From NCBI GenBank assembly GCA_050294405.1, contig JBNKOC010000023.1:1-64000 (forward strand): a stretch of 64,000 bases of DNA, read 5' to 3'. The stretch is from Fibrobacteria bacterium (GTDB lineage: Bacteria > Fibrobacterota > Fibrobacteria > UBA11236 > JADFYW01). Position 1 is the stretch's first letter. Each line of letters begins with the position of its first letter. The notes under the pieces are model-generated. The model was given only the letters and a program-made list of their open reading frames with translations. It did not search any database and had not been told where the DNA came from. Shown piece by piece: positions 29,323-38,580 of the stretch. Both the position numbers and the translations under genes were made by a program.

Positions 29323-31098
29323 GTGAAAAATTCTCACCATTGCAACCAATTGACTGCTGCCAACGAAGGGCAAAGCGTTTCTCTTCGTGGCTGGATTGAC
29401 CGTCGCCGCGATCATGGTGGCGTTATTTTTATCGACCTTAGAGACCGGGAAGGCAGAACCCAGGTGGTGTTCAGTCCCGATGTAAATAAAGAAATGCACG
29501 CCAAGGCAGAAAGCCTTAGAAATGAATATGTAATTTTTATCACAGGCAAAGTGAGCAAACGCCCCGATGGCATGGTAAATCCCAAGTTGGCTACGGGGGA
29601 GATAGAAGTGTACGCCGACAGCCTTGAAGTTTTAAACGTGAGTGCCACGCCTCCCATTGCCATTAACGAGCTTTCCGATGAAGCCGTGGAAAACGAAGAT
29701 GTGCGCTTTCGCTATCGCTATCTGGATTTAAGGCGCCCCCGGGAGCAGCGTTTTATACGCCTTAAAAGCAAATTTATGCACGCCTGGCGAAACGCCCTGG
29801 TAGACGACGGTTTTGATGAAATTGAAACTCCCATCTTAATGAAAAGCACCCCAGAAGGGGCTCGCGACTTTTTAGTCCCCAGCCGTTTACATGCAGGCAG
29901 CTTTTACGCCCTACCCCAAAGTCCCCAAACTTACAAGCAGCTTTTGATGATTGCTGGCTTTGAAAAATATTTCCAAATTGCCAAATGTTTTCGAGATGAA
30001 GACTTTAGAGCAGACAGGCAACCTGAGTTTTTACAAATCGATTGTGAAATTTCCTTTGCGGATTGTGAAGTGATTTACGAAACCTTCGAAAAAGCCACGG
30101 CAAAAGTTTTAAAACAAGTTTGGGACTACGATATCGAACTGCCACTCCAGCGTCTTCCTTATAAAGAAGCCATGTTAAAGTATGGAAGCGACAAACCAGA
30201 TTTGCGTTTTGACCTGCCCATTAGCGATGTATCTGATATTGCCAAAGACTGCGGCTTTAAAGTTTTTCGCGATGCTGTGGAATCTGGGGGCGTAGTCCGG
30301 GGAATGGCAGCCACTGGTTGTATTGACTTTACCCGAAAAAACATTGATGACTTAACTGAGTTTGTGGGCCGCTACGGCTCTAAAGGCTTGGTTTGGATGC
30401 GTTACAAGGAAGACGGCATTGAAACCCAAGTGGCAAAGTTTTTTAAAGAAGGCGAAATTGAAGCCTTAAGCGAAAAAGTAGGGGGAAAACCCGGCGACCT
30501 TCTTTTCTTTGTGGCCGGTAAAGAAAGCATGGCTGCTAACGCCATGGGACATCTTCGCAATGAAATCGCACGCATGAAAAACTTAACAGAAGGAAAACCC
30601 CACAAATTCTTATGGGTTGTGGATTTCCCCATGTTTGAATATAGCGAAGAAGAAAAACGCTATATGTCCATGCACCATCCTTTTACCTCTCCACGTGACG
30701 AGGATTTTGAATTGCTTAAATCCGGCAGACAGGCAGAAGTGCTTTCCAAAGCTTACGATTTGGTGATGAACGGGGTGGAAATTGGCGGTGGGTCTATTAG
30801 AATTCACAATGCCGAAACACAAAAAGAAGTGTTTAAGCTTCTGGGATTATCGGATGAAGAAGTGGAAAATAAGTTTGGATATTTTGTGGACGCCTTTAAA
30901 TACGGTGCCCCCCCCCATGGAGGCATTGCCTTTGGCGTGGACAGATTTCTGGCTACCATGGAAAATCGCTCGAGTATCCGGGACTTTATCCCCTTCCCCA
31001 AAAACAGCTCAGGCAGCTCCGTTATGGAAAACAGCCCGAGCCAGGTGGATGCCGAACAATTGCAGGAGCTTCACATAAACACGGTGGTTAAAAAATAA
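29323..31098 (+). CDS. aspS: Aspartate-tRNA ligase (probably non-discriminating Asp/Asn)
   Basis: RRRDHGG, LPQSPQ, CFRDED, GAPPHGG; GAD insertion; GTG start. Confidence 0.97.
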   Translation: MKNSHHCNQLTAANEGQSVSLRGWIDRRRDHGGVIFIDLRDREGRTQVVFSPDVNKEMHAKAESLRNEYVIFITGKVSKRPDGMVNPKLATGEIEVYADSLEVLNVSATPPIAINELSDEAVENEDVRFRYRYLDLRRPREQRFIRLKSKFMHAWRNALVDDGFDEIETPILMKSTPEGARDFLVPSRLHAGSFYALPQSPQTYKQLLMIAGFEKYFQIAKCFRDEDFRADRQPEFLQIDCEISFADCEVIYETFEKATAKVLKQVWDYDIELPLQRLPYKEAMLKYGSDKPDLRFDLPISDVSDIAKDCGFKVFRDAVESGGVVRGMAATGCIDFTRKNIDDLTEFVGRYGSKGLVWMRYKEDGIETQVAKFFKEGEIEALSEKVGGKPGDLLFFVAGKESMAANAMGHLRNEIARMKNLTEGKPHKFLWVVDFPMFEYSEEEKRYMSMHHPFTSPRDEDFELLKSGRQAEVLSKAYDLVMNGVEIGGGSIRIHNAETQKEVFKLLGLSDEEVENKFGYFVDAFKYGAPPHGGIAFGVDRFLATMENRSSIRDFIPFPKNSSGSSVMENSPSQVDAEQLQELHINTVVKK

Positions 31099-31172
31099 AC
31101 TTCATAAACAAAATGAAGTCGATTGACGAGCCCCGGGATTTGGTTTAATTTATAGGCATTAAAGGAGACCTT

Positions 31173-31418
31173 ATGGCTTATTTGATGAGATTATTACTGT
31201 GTTCCTCGGCGATTTTTATGCTATCCATGGGCCTATCTGGCTGCGCAGGGGGTAAATCCTCAAAAAGTGGATCTGCCGCAGACGCTATGGAATCGGCTCC
31301 GGAATCCAGCTCGAAGCTGGAAGAAGCCAAGCAAAACGCCGAATCTGCTGAATGGGAAGCTCATCGTTTAAGGGAAGAGCTGCACAGAAAAAAAAACTCT
31401 AAAAAACCCGCAGAATAA
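31173..31418 (+). CDS. Small coiled-coil lipoprotein
   Basis: AAGGAG RBS; lipobox LSGC; helix LEEAKQNAESAE. Confidence 0.8.
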   Translation: MAYLMRLLLCSSAIFMLSMGLSGCAGGKSSKSGSAADAMESAPESSSKLEEAKQNAESAEWEAHRLREELHRKKNSKKPAE

Positions 31419-31437
31419 TTCCTAACCCAAATCAACA

Positions 31438-31701
31438 TTGAATTTGATTCCTTTTAGGTGTTCACAATTTATTTCAGGGGCTATCCTAATGGGGCTCCTG
31501 ATTTTTATCGGCTGCGCCAAAAAACCCAAGGACGACGAATTAAACCGTCTGGAAAATGCCAGGGAAGCTGCGGAGTCTGCAGAAGCCGAACTGGAAGCCA
31601 CTAAAAAAGAGCGTATGGCGCTTGAAAAAGAAGTGGAAGCCAAAGAAAAAGAACTGGAAACTAAACAGTCCGAATCGGAAAAATTAAAACAGGAACAATA
31701 G
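31438..31701 (+). CDS. Small coiled-coil lipoprotein
   Basis: Lipobox-like FIGC; LENAREAAESAEAELEA heptads. Confidence 0.75.
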   Translation: MNLIPFRCSQFISGAILMGLLIFIGCAKKPKDDELNRLENAREAAESAEAELEATKKERMALEKEVEAKEKELETKQSESEKLKQEQ

Positions 31702-31722
31702 GCCCTTAACCAAAAAATCAAT

Positions 31723-32736
31723 TTGAGCTCAACCTCCCAGAAATTTCCCTTTCAGCGCGAAATAGAAATAAACGACAACGAACAGATTCAATTTTCTGGA
31801 CACGGAGAAAAAAATTTCCTGCCCATTGAAAATGAATTTGGAGTTAAAATCCAAACCCGGGAAGGCTTTGTTCAAATCAAAGCCCACGACGAATTGTCTC
31901 TGGGCTCAGCACTCAGTGCTTTTATGCGCCTTCGAAAAATGCTGCAAAAGGGAAATAGAGAAATCAGCCCTCAAATGATTCCTTTTATTTTAAGAGGGCA
32001 AGGGACTTCCTCATCCAGTAATGGAGAGCCAACTGAAGTTATCGATAGAGCCATTGATGCCCCCATTATTTTAGACAGATACGACAAGCCTATTTATCCC
32101 AGAACTCCTGGCCAGGCTGTTTTGGTGGATTCCATCCACAACAACCATATTACTTTAGCTACAGGTCCTGCGGGTACAGGCAAAACCTTTATTGCCATGG
32201 CCATGGCCGTTTCCTATTTAAAACAAAAAAGAGTACGGAAAATAATTTTGGTGCGACCTGCTGTGGAATCCGGGGAAAACCTGGGTTTTTTGCCCGGGGA
32301 TTTGGGAGAAAAAATCGCCCCTTACATGACCCCATTGTACGATGCCATCAATATGCTTTTAAGCCCTGAAACTGTAAGATCGCTCACTCAAAATAATGAA
32401 TTTGAAGTGGCTCCTTTGGCATACATGAGGGGCCGCACGCTCAACAACAGCTTTATTATTTTGGACGAAGCTCAAAATACATCTGTCATGCAAATGAAAA
32501 TGTTTTTAACACGTGTGGGAGTGGAAAGCAAGATTGTAGTAGCAGGAGATGAAACCCAAAAAGACCTTCCCAAAAATATGATTTCCGGCCTCCAGCATGC
32601 CTGTGAGATTTTAAAAAATATCAAAGGAATAAATCATGTGCCCATGGGAGTGGCCGATGTGGTACGCCATCAGATAGTGCGGGATATCATTGAGGCTTAC
32701 GAGGATAATTCTTCTCATAAAGAGGGAAAAGCCTAA
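31723..32736 (+). CDS. phoH: PhoH-family ATPase (YbeZ-like)
   Basis: GPAGTGKT, RPAVE, LGFLPG, AYMRGRTL, DEAQN, DVVRH. Confidence 0.93.
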   Translation: MSSTSQKFPFQREIEINDNEQIQFSGHGEKNFLPIENEFGVKIQTREGFVQIKAHDELSLGSALSAFMRLRKMLQKGNREISPQMIPFILRGQGTSSSSNGEPTEVIDRAIDAPIILDRYDKPIYPRTPGQAVLVDSIHNNHITLATGPAGTGKTFIAMAMAVSYLKQKRVRKIILVRPAVESGENLGFLPGDLGEKIAPYMTPLYDAINMLLSPETVRSLTQNNEFEVAPLAYMRGRTLNNSFIILDEAQNTSVMQMKMFLTRVGVESKIVVAGDETQKDLPKNMISGLQHACEILKNIKGINHVPMGVADVVRHQIVRDIIEAYEDNSSHKEGKA

Positions 32737-32817
32737 TTTTTTTCCTGAAAAATTAATTTGAAATCTTGATCAGAATGAAAAGCTAACTTATATTGTCTCT
32801 CCGATTTTAAGGCAATT

Positions 32818-33024
32818 ATGCAAGAGAATTTTTTTACAAAAATTAATTATCTGGGAATACTCATTGGAGTGTTGGCTTTGGTAATAGGTTTTTTTGCATT
32901 GTCACGTCCTCCGGTAACCGGGTTTATGACAATGACATTCGCTCCCATTCTTTTAACTATTGCCTATTGTGTGATTTTTCCTCTGGCTATTATGCTAAGG
33001 GGTAGTAAAAAGGAGAGTGAATAG
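32818..33024 (+). CDS. Small two-TM membrane protein (DUF3098-like)
   Basis: KINYLGILIG...TFAPILLTIAYCVIFPLAIM. Confidence 0.7.
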   Translation: MQENFFTKINYLGILIGVLALVIGFFALSRPPVTGFMTMTFAPILLTIAYCVIFPLAIMLRGSKKESE

Positions 33025-33034
33025 GTTTTAATCC

Positions 33035-33109
33035 GGGCGCTTAGCTCAGCTGGTTCAGAGCATCTGCCTTACAAGCAGAGGGTCGCAAGTTCAAATCTTG
33101 CAGCGCCCA
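33035..33109 (+). tRNA. tRNA-Val (TAC)
   Basis: Acceptor GGGCGCT/AGCGCCC, D-arm AGCTCAGCTGG, anticodon arm TCTGC-CTTACAA-GCAGA, T-loop GTTCAAATC; CCA not encoded. Confidence 0.96.
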
Positions 33110-33121
33110 GATAAATTTTCC

Positions 33122-33198
33122 GGAGTGGTAGCTCAATTGGTTAGAGTACCAGCCTGTCACGCTGGGGGTTGCGAGTTCAAGTCTCGTCCATTCCGCCA
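33122..33198 (+). tRNA. tRNA-Asp (GTC)
   Basis: Acceptor GGAGTGG/CCATTCC, anticodon arm CCAGC-CTGTCAC-GCTGG, GTTCAAGTC, encoded CCA. Confidence 0.97.
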
Positions 33199-33207
33199 TT
33201 AATTTTT

Positions 33208-33234
33208 AAAGCCTCCCATTTGGGAGGCTTTTTT
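33208..33234 (+). terminator. Rho-independent terminator after the tRNA pair
   Basis: AAAGCCTCCCA-TT-TGGGAGGCTTT stem followed by a T-run. Confidence 0.85.
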
Positions 33235-33310
33235 GCTTTTCAAGCCAAAATCCCTATTGTACAATTTAGCCATTAGAACTTTTTTAGAAATTTTAAGAAA
33301 GGGAACCTCC

Positions 33311-33565
33311 ATGAAATGGAAAAAAATTTCTGCCCTAATTATGGCAATGGGGCTTTTAATGACCATCTCCTGTACAAAACACCCCTCCCCGGCTCAAATG
33401 AGCGATTTAGAAGCCGCAGAAAATGCAGCAGATGCAGCACAAAGACAGCTCTCCAGTTTGGAATCCGAATACAACCAATTGCAAGCTGAGTTAGAAAGAG
33501 AAAAGTCTCTCTTAAGCCAGAACGAATCGGAAAAAGCAGTTGTACTGGAAAAACTATCTAAATAG
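33311..33565 (+). CDS. Small coiled-coil lipoprotein
   Basis: MKWKKISALIMAMGLLMTISC signal/lipobox (ATG 33311); heptad helix; ends in Lys. Confidence 0.82.
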   Translation: MKWKKISALIMAMGLLMTISCTKHPSPAQMSDLEAAENAADAAQRQLSSLESEYNQLQAELEREKSLLSQNESEKAVVLEKLSK

Positions 33566-33573
33566 GAGCGCCC

Positions 33574-34257
33574 ATGTATATTAAATCAGGCATGTTAATT
33601 ACGTTACTCTGCCTCAATGCAATGGGGCAGGAAAAAATGACCATGGAAGAGTACCAGCAGCGCTACCAGGCAGCAAAAGAAAGAGAAGCTGCGGCTCTGC
33701 CTAGAATAGCCCAGCTTAAAACCCTGATCGCAAGCATCAAAGAAGAAATTTCTGATGTTAAGAAACAATCAGAAAGGGTTTGGAATGAAATTTTAGATGC
33801 CCTGGGAATTACGCAGCAAGACTACGACAATTTCTTAGATGAAATTGATCAGCTTAAGAGCACAGTGCAAAACTTTGCGTCCCAATATTATGACAACCCG
33901 TCAAAATGGGAAAAAGAATTGGGGTTAGCGGAAAAAGAGGCCCGACAATTACGGGAAAATAAAATTGCATACATACCTCGCGTAGAAGAGTTTTTACGGG
34001 AACTGGACGAAAGCATAGTGGATTCCAAACAGTCCCTAAATCAAGCCAAAGCTGAAGCCAATACTTCTCAAGTTGGAAGTGATGAATACATAGTGCAGCT
34101 TATTCCCGGAGATAGAGATTGCCTTTGGAAAATAGCCCAAAGGCCCGAAATATTTGGAGATGGCTCCCGTTGGCGTGAAATTTACGAAGCCAACCGGGAT
34201 ATTATAAAAAATCCAAATTTGATTTTTCCAGGACAACTGTTAAAAATCCCCCGATAA
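33574..34257 (+). CDS. Exported coiled-coil protein with a C-terminal LysM peptidoglycan-binding domain
   Basis: AGGAG RBS; signal peptide; DCLWKIA...WREIYEANRDIIKNPNLIFPGQLLKIP LysM. Confidence 0.9.
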   Translation: MYIKSGMLITLLCLNAMGQEKMTMEEYQQRYQAAKEREAAALPRIAQLKTLIASIKEEISDVKKQSERVWNEILDALGITQQDYDNFLDEIDQLKSTVQNFASQYYDNPSKWEKELGLAEKEARQLRENKIAYIPRVEEFLRELDESIVDSKQSLNQAKAEANTSQVGSDEYIVQLIPGDRDCLWKIAQRPEIFGDGSRWREIYEANRDIIKNPNLIFPGQLLKIPR

Positions 34258-34275
34258 TATTTTTCTAATTGAAGC

Positions 34276-34308
34276 AAAAAATGGCCTCTGCAGGAGGTCA
34301 TTTTTTTT
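34276..34308 (+). terminator. Rho-independent terminator
   Basis: ATGGCCTC-TGCAG-GAGGTCAT stem plus a T8 tail. Confidence 0.7.
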
Positions 34309-34387
34309 GATTGAAAATTATTTTTAGAGTTGTTATTTTTTAACTGCGTTAAGCCAAAACCAAAATTCATTAGCAAATGAATTTTTT

Positions 34388-36778
34388 ATGCAGTTAATCT
34401 CAACATCGGGTATTCCTCTGATGCGCTTTAAATCTCATTGGCCTGCCATAAACATTTATGGTTGGCTTAAAAAATATCCAGCTTTTTACATTGCCTTTCC
34501 TGCAACCTTGGGATGCGCCTTTTACTTTCTGGATTCCTGGTTTTATCTTCTGAGTTTTGTCGCCATTATTCTTGTTCTTGCTTTAAAGCAATTTTCCCGG
34601 GCTTTATTTTCCGCCATTTTTTTTGGGCTTTGGCTGTCTATTTTGCACATGGTTTATCCAAAAAATTTACCACCTCAGCTCCCCCATGTTATGGAAGGTG
34701 AAATCACAAAAATCCGCCTTGATTTTCCACGGCATTTGATTTTGAAGTGGAAAAAATGGAATTTGCAAATCCAAAATCCAGATAGTTTATGGCTTAGTGG
34801 TCAAAAAATTGGAAATCACATTCAGGCTGTAAACCCTGTTCCCATTGCCATAGAAGCCATGCGAAATCCCGGAGAATTTAATCAAAAGGCCTATTTAAAG
34901 GCCTCCAATATTTCTGGAGTTTTTAAAATAGATTCCGCCATTTATACATCCGCGCCTCCACTTTTTAAAAAATCCCTAGGTCGGGTTCAAAATTGGATAG
35001 AACATCAGTTAGATAAATATATTTCCACTCCATACTTGCCCCTAGTAAAAGCTTGCATATTGGGAAACCGCAGTTTTCTAAGCCAAAACACGAAATTGCA
35101 ATTTTCTCAAAGTGGCATGTATCATTTACTAGCCATAAGCGGAATGCACATAGCCATTATTTCCCTGGTATTGCTAAAATTGCTTTGGTTATTGCGGCTG
35201 CCTAAAAAAACGGCTTATATATTGACGAGTCTTTTTTTGCTGGCCTATATTTTTATATCCGGGCAGTCCCCTAGTGTTATTCGGGCCAGCCTTATGTTTA
35301 GCTTTGCGGCACCTGCTTTCATAAATGGCCAAAGAAGTTACAGTTTTAACTCTTTTTTATTGGCTCTTTCCTGTTGCCTTTTTTGGATTCCCTATCAAAT
35401 TCAAGCACCCGGGCTTTTACTTTCCTTTTGCGCCACCTTTTTCTTAATCCACTATTTGGGACGGCAATCCCCTAACCCAGTTCCTGCTCATTTAATGGGA
35501 AAAGCGCTAAGGGGAATAACATCCACCATAAAAATAAGTTGCTTACTTAGCCTGGCCACCTACCCCCTTTGCGCAACCTTTTTCCATCAGGCGACCCCGA
35601 TGGCCATATTTGGAAATTGCGTCACTATTATGCTTATGAGTCTTTTGATGTTATCCAGCTCTCTTTGCCTTGTGGCCTCAATATTTTGGCCATTTGGTGC
35701 GGAAATTCTAGGCAACAGCGCAGCTTTATTCGCCAATTGGCTTTTGGGTTCTGTGGAAATTATTTCAAATTTGGAATGGAGCCATTTTTATGTTAAAGCT
35801 CCCCATATGTTATCCACAACTTGTCTTTTTATCATACTTTTCTGCTGGCCTTATCGAAAACAAGATCACTTTAAAAAAACAATCTTTGGATGTGTCCTTT
35901 TACTGGCAGGCTTTTTTTGTTATTGCCAAGGCCAGAAATATTTTAGGGAAGAAGTAGAAATTAGTTTTTTAGATGTGGGACAAGGCGATGCCGTATTCAT
36001 GGAATTACCGGGAAACTTTAGAGTACTTATCGACGCAGGAAAAGGCAGCTACAACAATGGCAAAGGCAAAAGCGTTATCCTTCCCTTTTTAAAGGAGCGA
36101 GGGATTCGCAATATTGACCTGGCCATAATTACCCACTCGGATTTAGATCACTATGGAGGTTTTTTATACTTATCTTCCCAGTTACAGATAAAAAATGTGG
36201 CCCAATCTTTTTACCCCAACGATAACCGTACATGGGAAGATTTAAACCAAAATTTCGCGGAGAAAAATATTCCCGTACATCAGCCTTTGTGCGGGGACAC
36301 ATTATATCATTACAAAAAGCTGGTTTTAAAAGTAGAGAGCCCGTGCCGCAACATGGAATATAAAGGAAAAAACAACAACTCCCTGGTGGTTCAATTGTAC
36401 CATCCCAATGGAAATATATTGCTTACAGGAGATGTTGAGGAAGAAGCGGAAATAAATTTAAGCCAAAGGAACTGGAAAAAGGTACATATTTTAAAACTGG
36501 CCCACCACGGCAGCAAAACATCCTCCCACCCCGACTTGTTGGAAAAGCTGCAACCAAACATAAGCATTGTTTCTGCGGGGAGAAAAAACTCCTATGGTTT
36601 TCCCCATGAGGCCACCTTGAAAAATCTTGAAAAATTAAAAACCCGGGTTTTAAGCACCCAACAAAAAGGATACATCGCCTTTAAAACCGCAAAAAATTCC
36701 AAAAACTGGGAAAGAAGCGATTTGAATCGAAGTTTGAATCCCCCCTTAGAGGAATTTGATTATTATGCCAATAAATGA
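34388..36778 (+). CDS. comEC: DNA uptake channel ComEC/Rec2
   Basis: HLLAISGMH, PSVIRA, FLDVGQGDA, THSDLDHYGG, LLTGD, HHGSKTSS. Confidence 0.93.
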   Translation: MQLISTSGIPLMRFKSHWPAINIYGWLKKYPAFYIAFPATLGCAFYFLDSWFYLLSFVAIILVLALKQFSRALFSAIFFGLWLSILHMVYPKNLPPQLPHVMEGEITKIRLDFPRHLILKWKKWNLQIQNPDSLWLSGQKIGNHIQAVNPVPIAIEAMRNPGEFNQKAYLKASNISGVFKIDSAIYTSAPPLFKKSLGRVQNWIEHQLDKYISTPYLPLVKACILGNRSFLSQNTKLQFSQSGMYHLLAISGMHIAIISLVLLKLLWLLRLPKKTAYILTSLFLLAYIFISGQSPSVIRASLMFSFAAPAFINGQRSYSFNSFLLALSCCLFWIPYQIQAPGLLLSFCATFFLIHYLGRQSPNPVPAHLMGKALRGITSTIKISCLLSLATYPLCATFFHQATPMAIFGNCVTIMLMSLLMLSSSLCLVASIFWPFGAEILGNSAALFANWLLGSVEIISNLEWSHFYVKAPHMLSTTCLFIILFCWPYRKQDHFKKTIFGCVLLLAGFFCYCQGQKYFREEVEISFLDVGQGDAVFMELPGNFRVLIDAGKGSYNNGKGKSVILPFLKERGIRNIDLAIITHSDLDHYGGFLYLSSQLQIKNVAQSFYPNDNRTWEDLNQNFAEKNIPVHQPLCGDTLYHYKKLVLKVESPCRNMEYKGKNNNSLVVQLYHPNGNILLTGDVEEEAEINLSQRNWKKVHILKLAHHGSKTSSHPDLLEKLQPNISIVSAGRKNSYGFPHEATLKNLEKLKTRVLSTQQKGYIAFKTAKNSKNWERSDLNRSLNPPLEEFDYYANK

Positions 36779-36814
36779 TAGTTTTATGTGATATCATTTC
36801 TTTATTTTTTAAAT

Positions 36815-37321
36815 ATGTATTCAAACGACCCTTTTCATAACGACGACGCCATCCGAAATATATATGACAAAACCGAAATCCGTCGCAAACCCATAACGGG
36901 CATAGTTTCGGGCTACCATGTTCTTCCCTATATTTTAGTGGGGCCCGATAGCCAATCCAGCGATATTTCCATAAAATTAAAAGGGGAAATTCGGGTCAGC
37001 CCCAAATTGATTTTTTCCATTAACCCCGATGGCCTAAAATACGAAGATGTATTTGATGAAAGCAAGCTGGAAATGTCCGAAGACATTGTGGGGCGTATTT
37101 TTTCTTTCCGCTCTCCCAAGTTCAACAATATGGAAATAAAAGGCGAGCAATTATTTATTGAAAAACACAGCATGCCCCATTCACAGCTTTTGGAAGATGT
37201 ATTGGACGAGCTCACTCAAAAAGAAATTATTAACACAGGCGTTATTGGTTGCCCTCAAACCAAGTTTTACCCGGTGAGTTTGGAAAAATATATCGCCTCT
37301 ATACTGGATAAAGAATTTTAA
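36815..37321 (+). CDS. Conserved-looking hypothetical protein
   Basis: Globular-looking ORF filling the gap after comEC; no motif recognised. Confidence 0.7.
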   Translation: MYSNDPFHNDDAIRNIYDKTEIRRKPITGIVSGYHVLPYILVGPDSQSSDISIKLKGEIRVSPKLIFSINPDGLKYEDVFDESKLEMSEDIVGRIFSFRSPKFNNMEIKGEQLFIEKHSMPHSQLLEDVLDELTQKEIINTGVIGCPQTKFYPVSLEKYIASILDKEF

Positions 37322-37356
37322 AAGGCCTTCTAAAAATCCCATTAATATTAGAATAA

Positions 37357-37374
37357 CTTAAGGGCAGCTCTAAA
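37357..37374 (+). repeat. 18-bp dispersed intergenic motif, copy 1
   Basis: CTTAAGGGCAGCTCTAAA, the exact reverse complement of 45947-45964. Confidence 0.8.
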
Positions 37375-37387
37375 AATTAAAACCGGC

Positions 37388-38509
37388 TTAATTCAGCAAA
37401 TCCAAAACCCTATCTGTATACCATTGGTGCTCGGGGTTTTTGCCAAAACTGTGCAAATATTTTTTCGCTAACTCTTCGGCCAACCTTGGTTTGTCCAAAG
37501 CATAATTCACACTGATTAGATAAATATAAGCCATTAACAAATCATTTGTGGTTTGGTTTTGGGGGTGTTCCACCATTGCTGTCAACCAAACATGGGCCGT
37601 AGTAAAGGCGTTTTCCCGCTCAGCTCCCGGCGAAGCGAATTTCGCGGAAAGTATATTTGCCCGAGCCACTTCTATGCTGCGGATTTGAGATTTTTCCTTG
37701 GCGATTTCTCTTAAAGTTTTATCATAATATTGCCAGGCATGAAAAGCCGCAACCGTTTCCCGGGGCAAGCTAAAAAAGGATTTGGCATTTGATTTGTGGT
37801 AATCTCCCAGTAAGTTACCACGGGTATTTAAGTTTTTGGTAATTCTTTCTTTTTGATCCTGATCCAAAATGCTAAGGATGATTCCCTCTGGCAGTATCAC
37901 TGTAAAATGTTCCAACCTGGCGCTGGAAAAAAAACATCTGTGGCATACAGCCACTTCATAAAGTTCAAAATCCACGTCATTTTCAATATTGGATTTGGCT
38001 TTGTATTGGGGAGTAATTTCGTGTTCTTCCCAGACCAAATCATGCTGGGTCTCATCCACCATGTATCCAATAATTCCCTCAGTATTACACATGGGGCACT
38101 TGAGAGAAAGCCTTCTAATGGGGCCCGATCCCATGGCCACGCCAAAATATTTCTTTTTTAATTCTTCAGACTCTTGGGTAAAGGAATCTTCAAACTCGGC
38201 CAGATTAGCAAATACGGCAATTTCCTTATGCAATTCTCTGCTTTCAAACTCCTCTTTAAAAGAGGGGGCCATTCCAAAAATAGCGAATATTTTTTGGGAA
38301 ACCTTAGCCGTTTTAGCAATGTTATGCATAAAACGAAATCCGCTGGCATCGATGGATGTGATTTCTGTTAAATCAAAACAAATATGGTAGTCGTTATTTT
38401 CCAACGCCTCAGCCAAAGCCTCTTTCAAAGAAAAACAACCAGGCGTGTCCCAATCACCGGATAAGTGAAAAGTGGTGTAATAACCCTTTTGGCTATGGCT
38501 GATTTCCAT
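37388..38509 (-). CDS. STAS domain fused to a DUF2225-like Zn-binding/helical domain
   Basis: LSGDWD...FDLTEITSIDASGF STAS pattern; then CPMC and YEVAVCHRCFFSS, helical C-terminus. Start ATG 38509. Confidence 0.72.
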   Translation of the reverse strand: MEISHSQKGYYTTFHLSGDWDTPGCFSLKEALAEALENNDYHICFDLTEITSIDASGFRFMHNIAKTAKVSQKIFAIFGMAPSFKEEFESRELHKEIAVFANLAEFEDSFTQESEELKKKYFGVAMGSGPIRRLSLKCPMCNTEGIIGYMVDETQHDLVWEEHEITPQYKAKSNIENDVDFELYEVAVCHRCFFSSARLEHFTVILPEGIILSILDQDQKERITKNLNTRGNLLGDYHKSNAKSFFSLPRETVAAFHAWQYYDKTLREIAKEKSQIRSIEVARANILSAKFASPGAERENAFTTAHVWLTAMVEHPQNQTTNDLLMAYIYLISVNYALDKPRLAEELAKKYLHSFGKNPEHQWYTDRVLDLLN

Positions 38510-38580
38510 AGTCCAAGTATAAAAAATCAATCGCCACCAATTAAGAAAAAAGAGCTAATTTTAAAGGAAAGGGGAAAATT

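Noticed and set aside
33035..33234. tRNA pair as an integration site for a mobile element
   Set aside because: No integrase and no duplicated tRNA 3' end seen in the window.
33233..33310. TTG-started extension of the lipoprotein ORF
   Set aside because: Begins inside the tRNA terminator; the signal peptide starts at ATG 33311.
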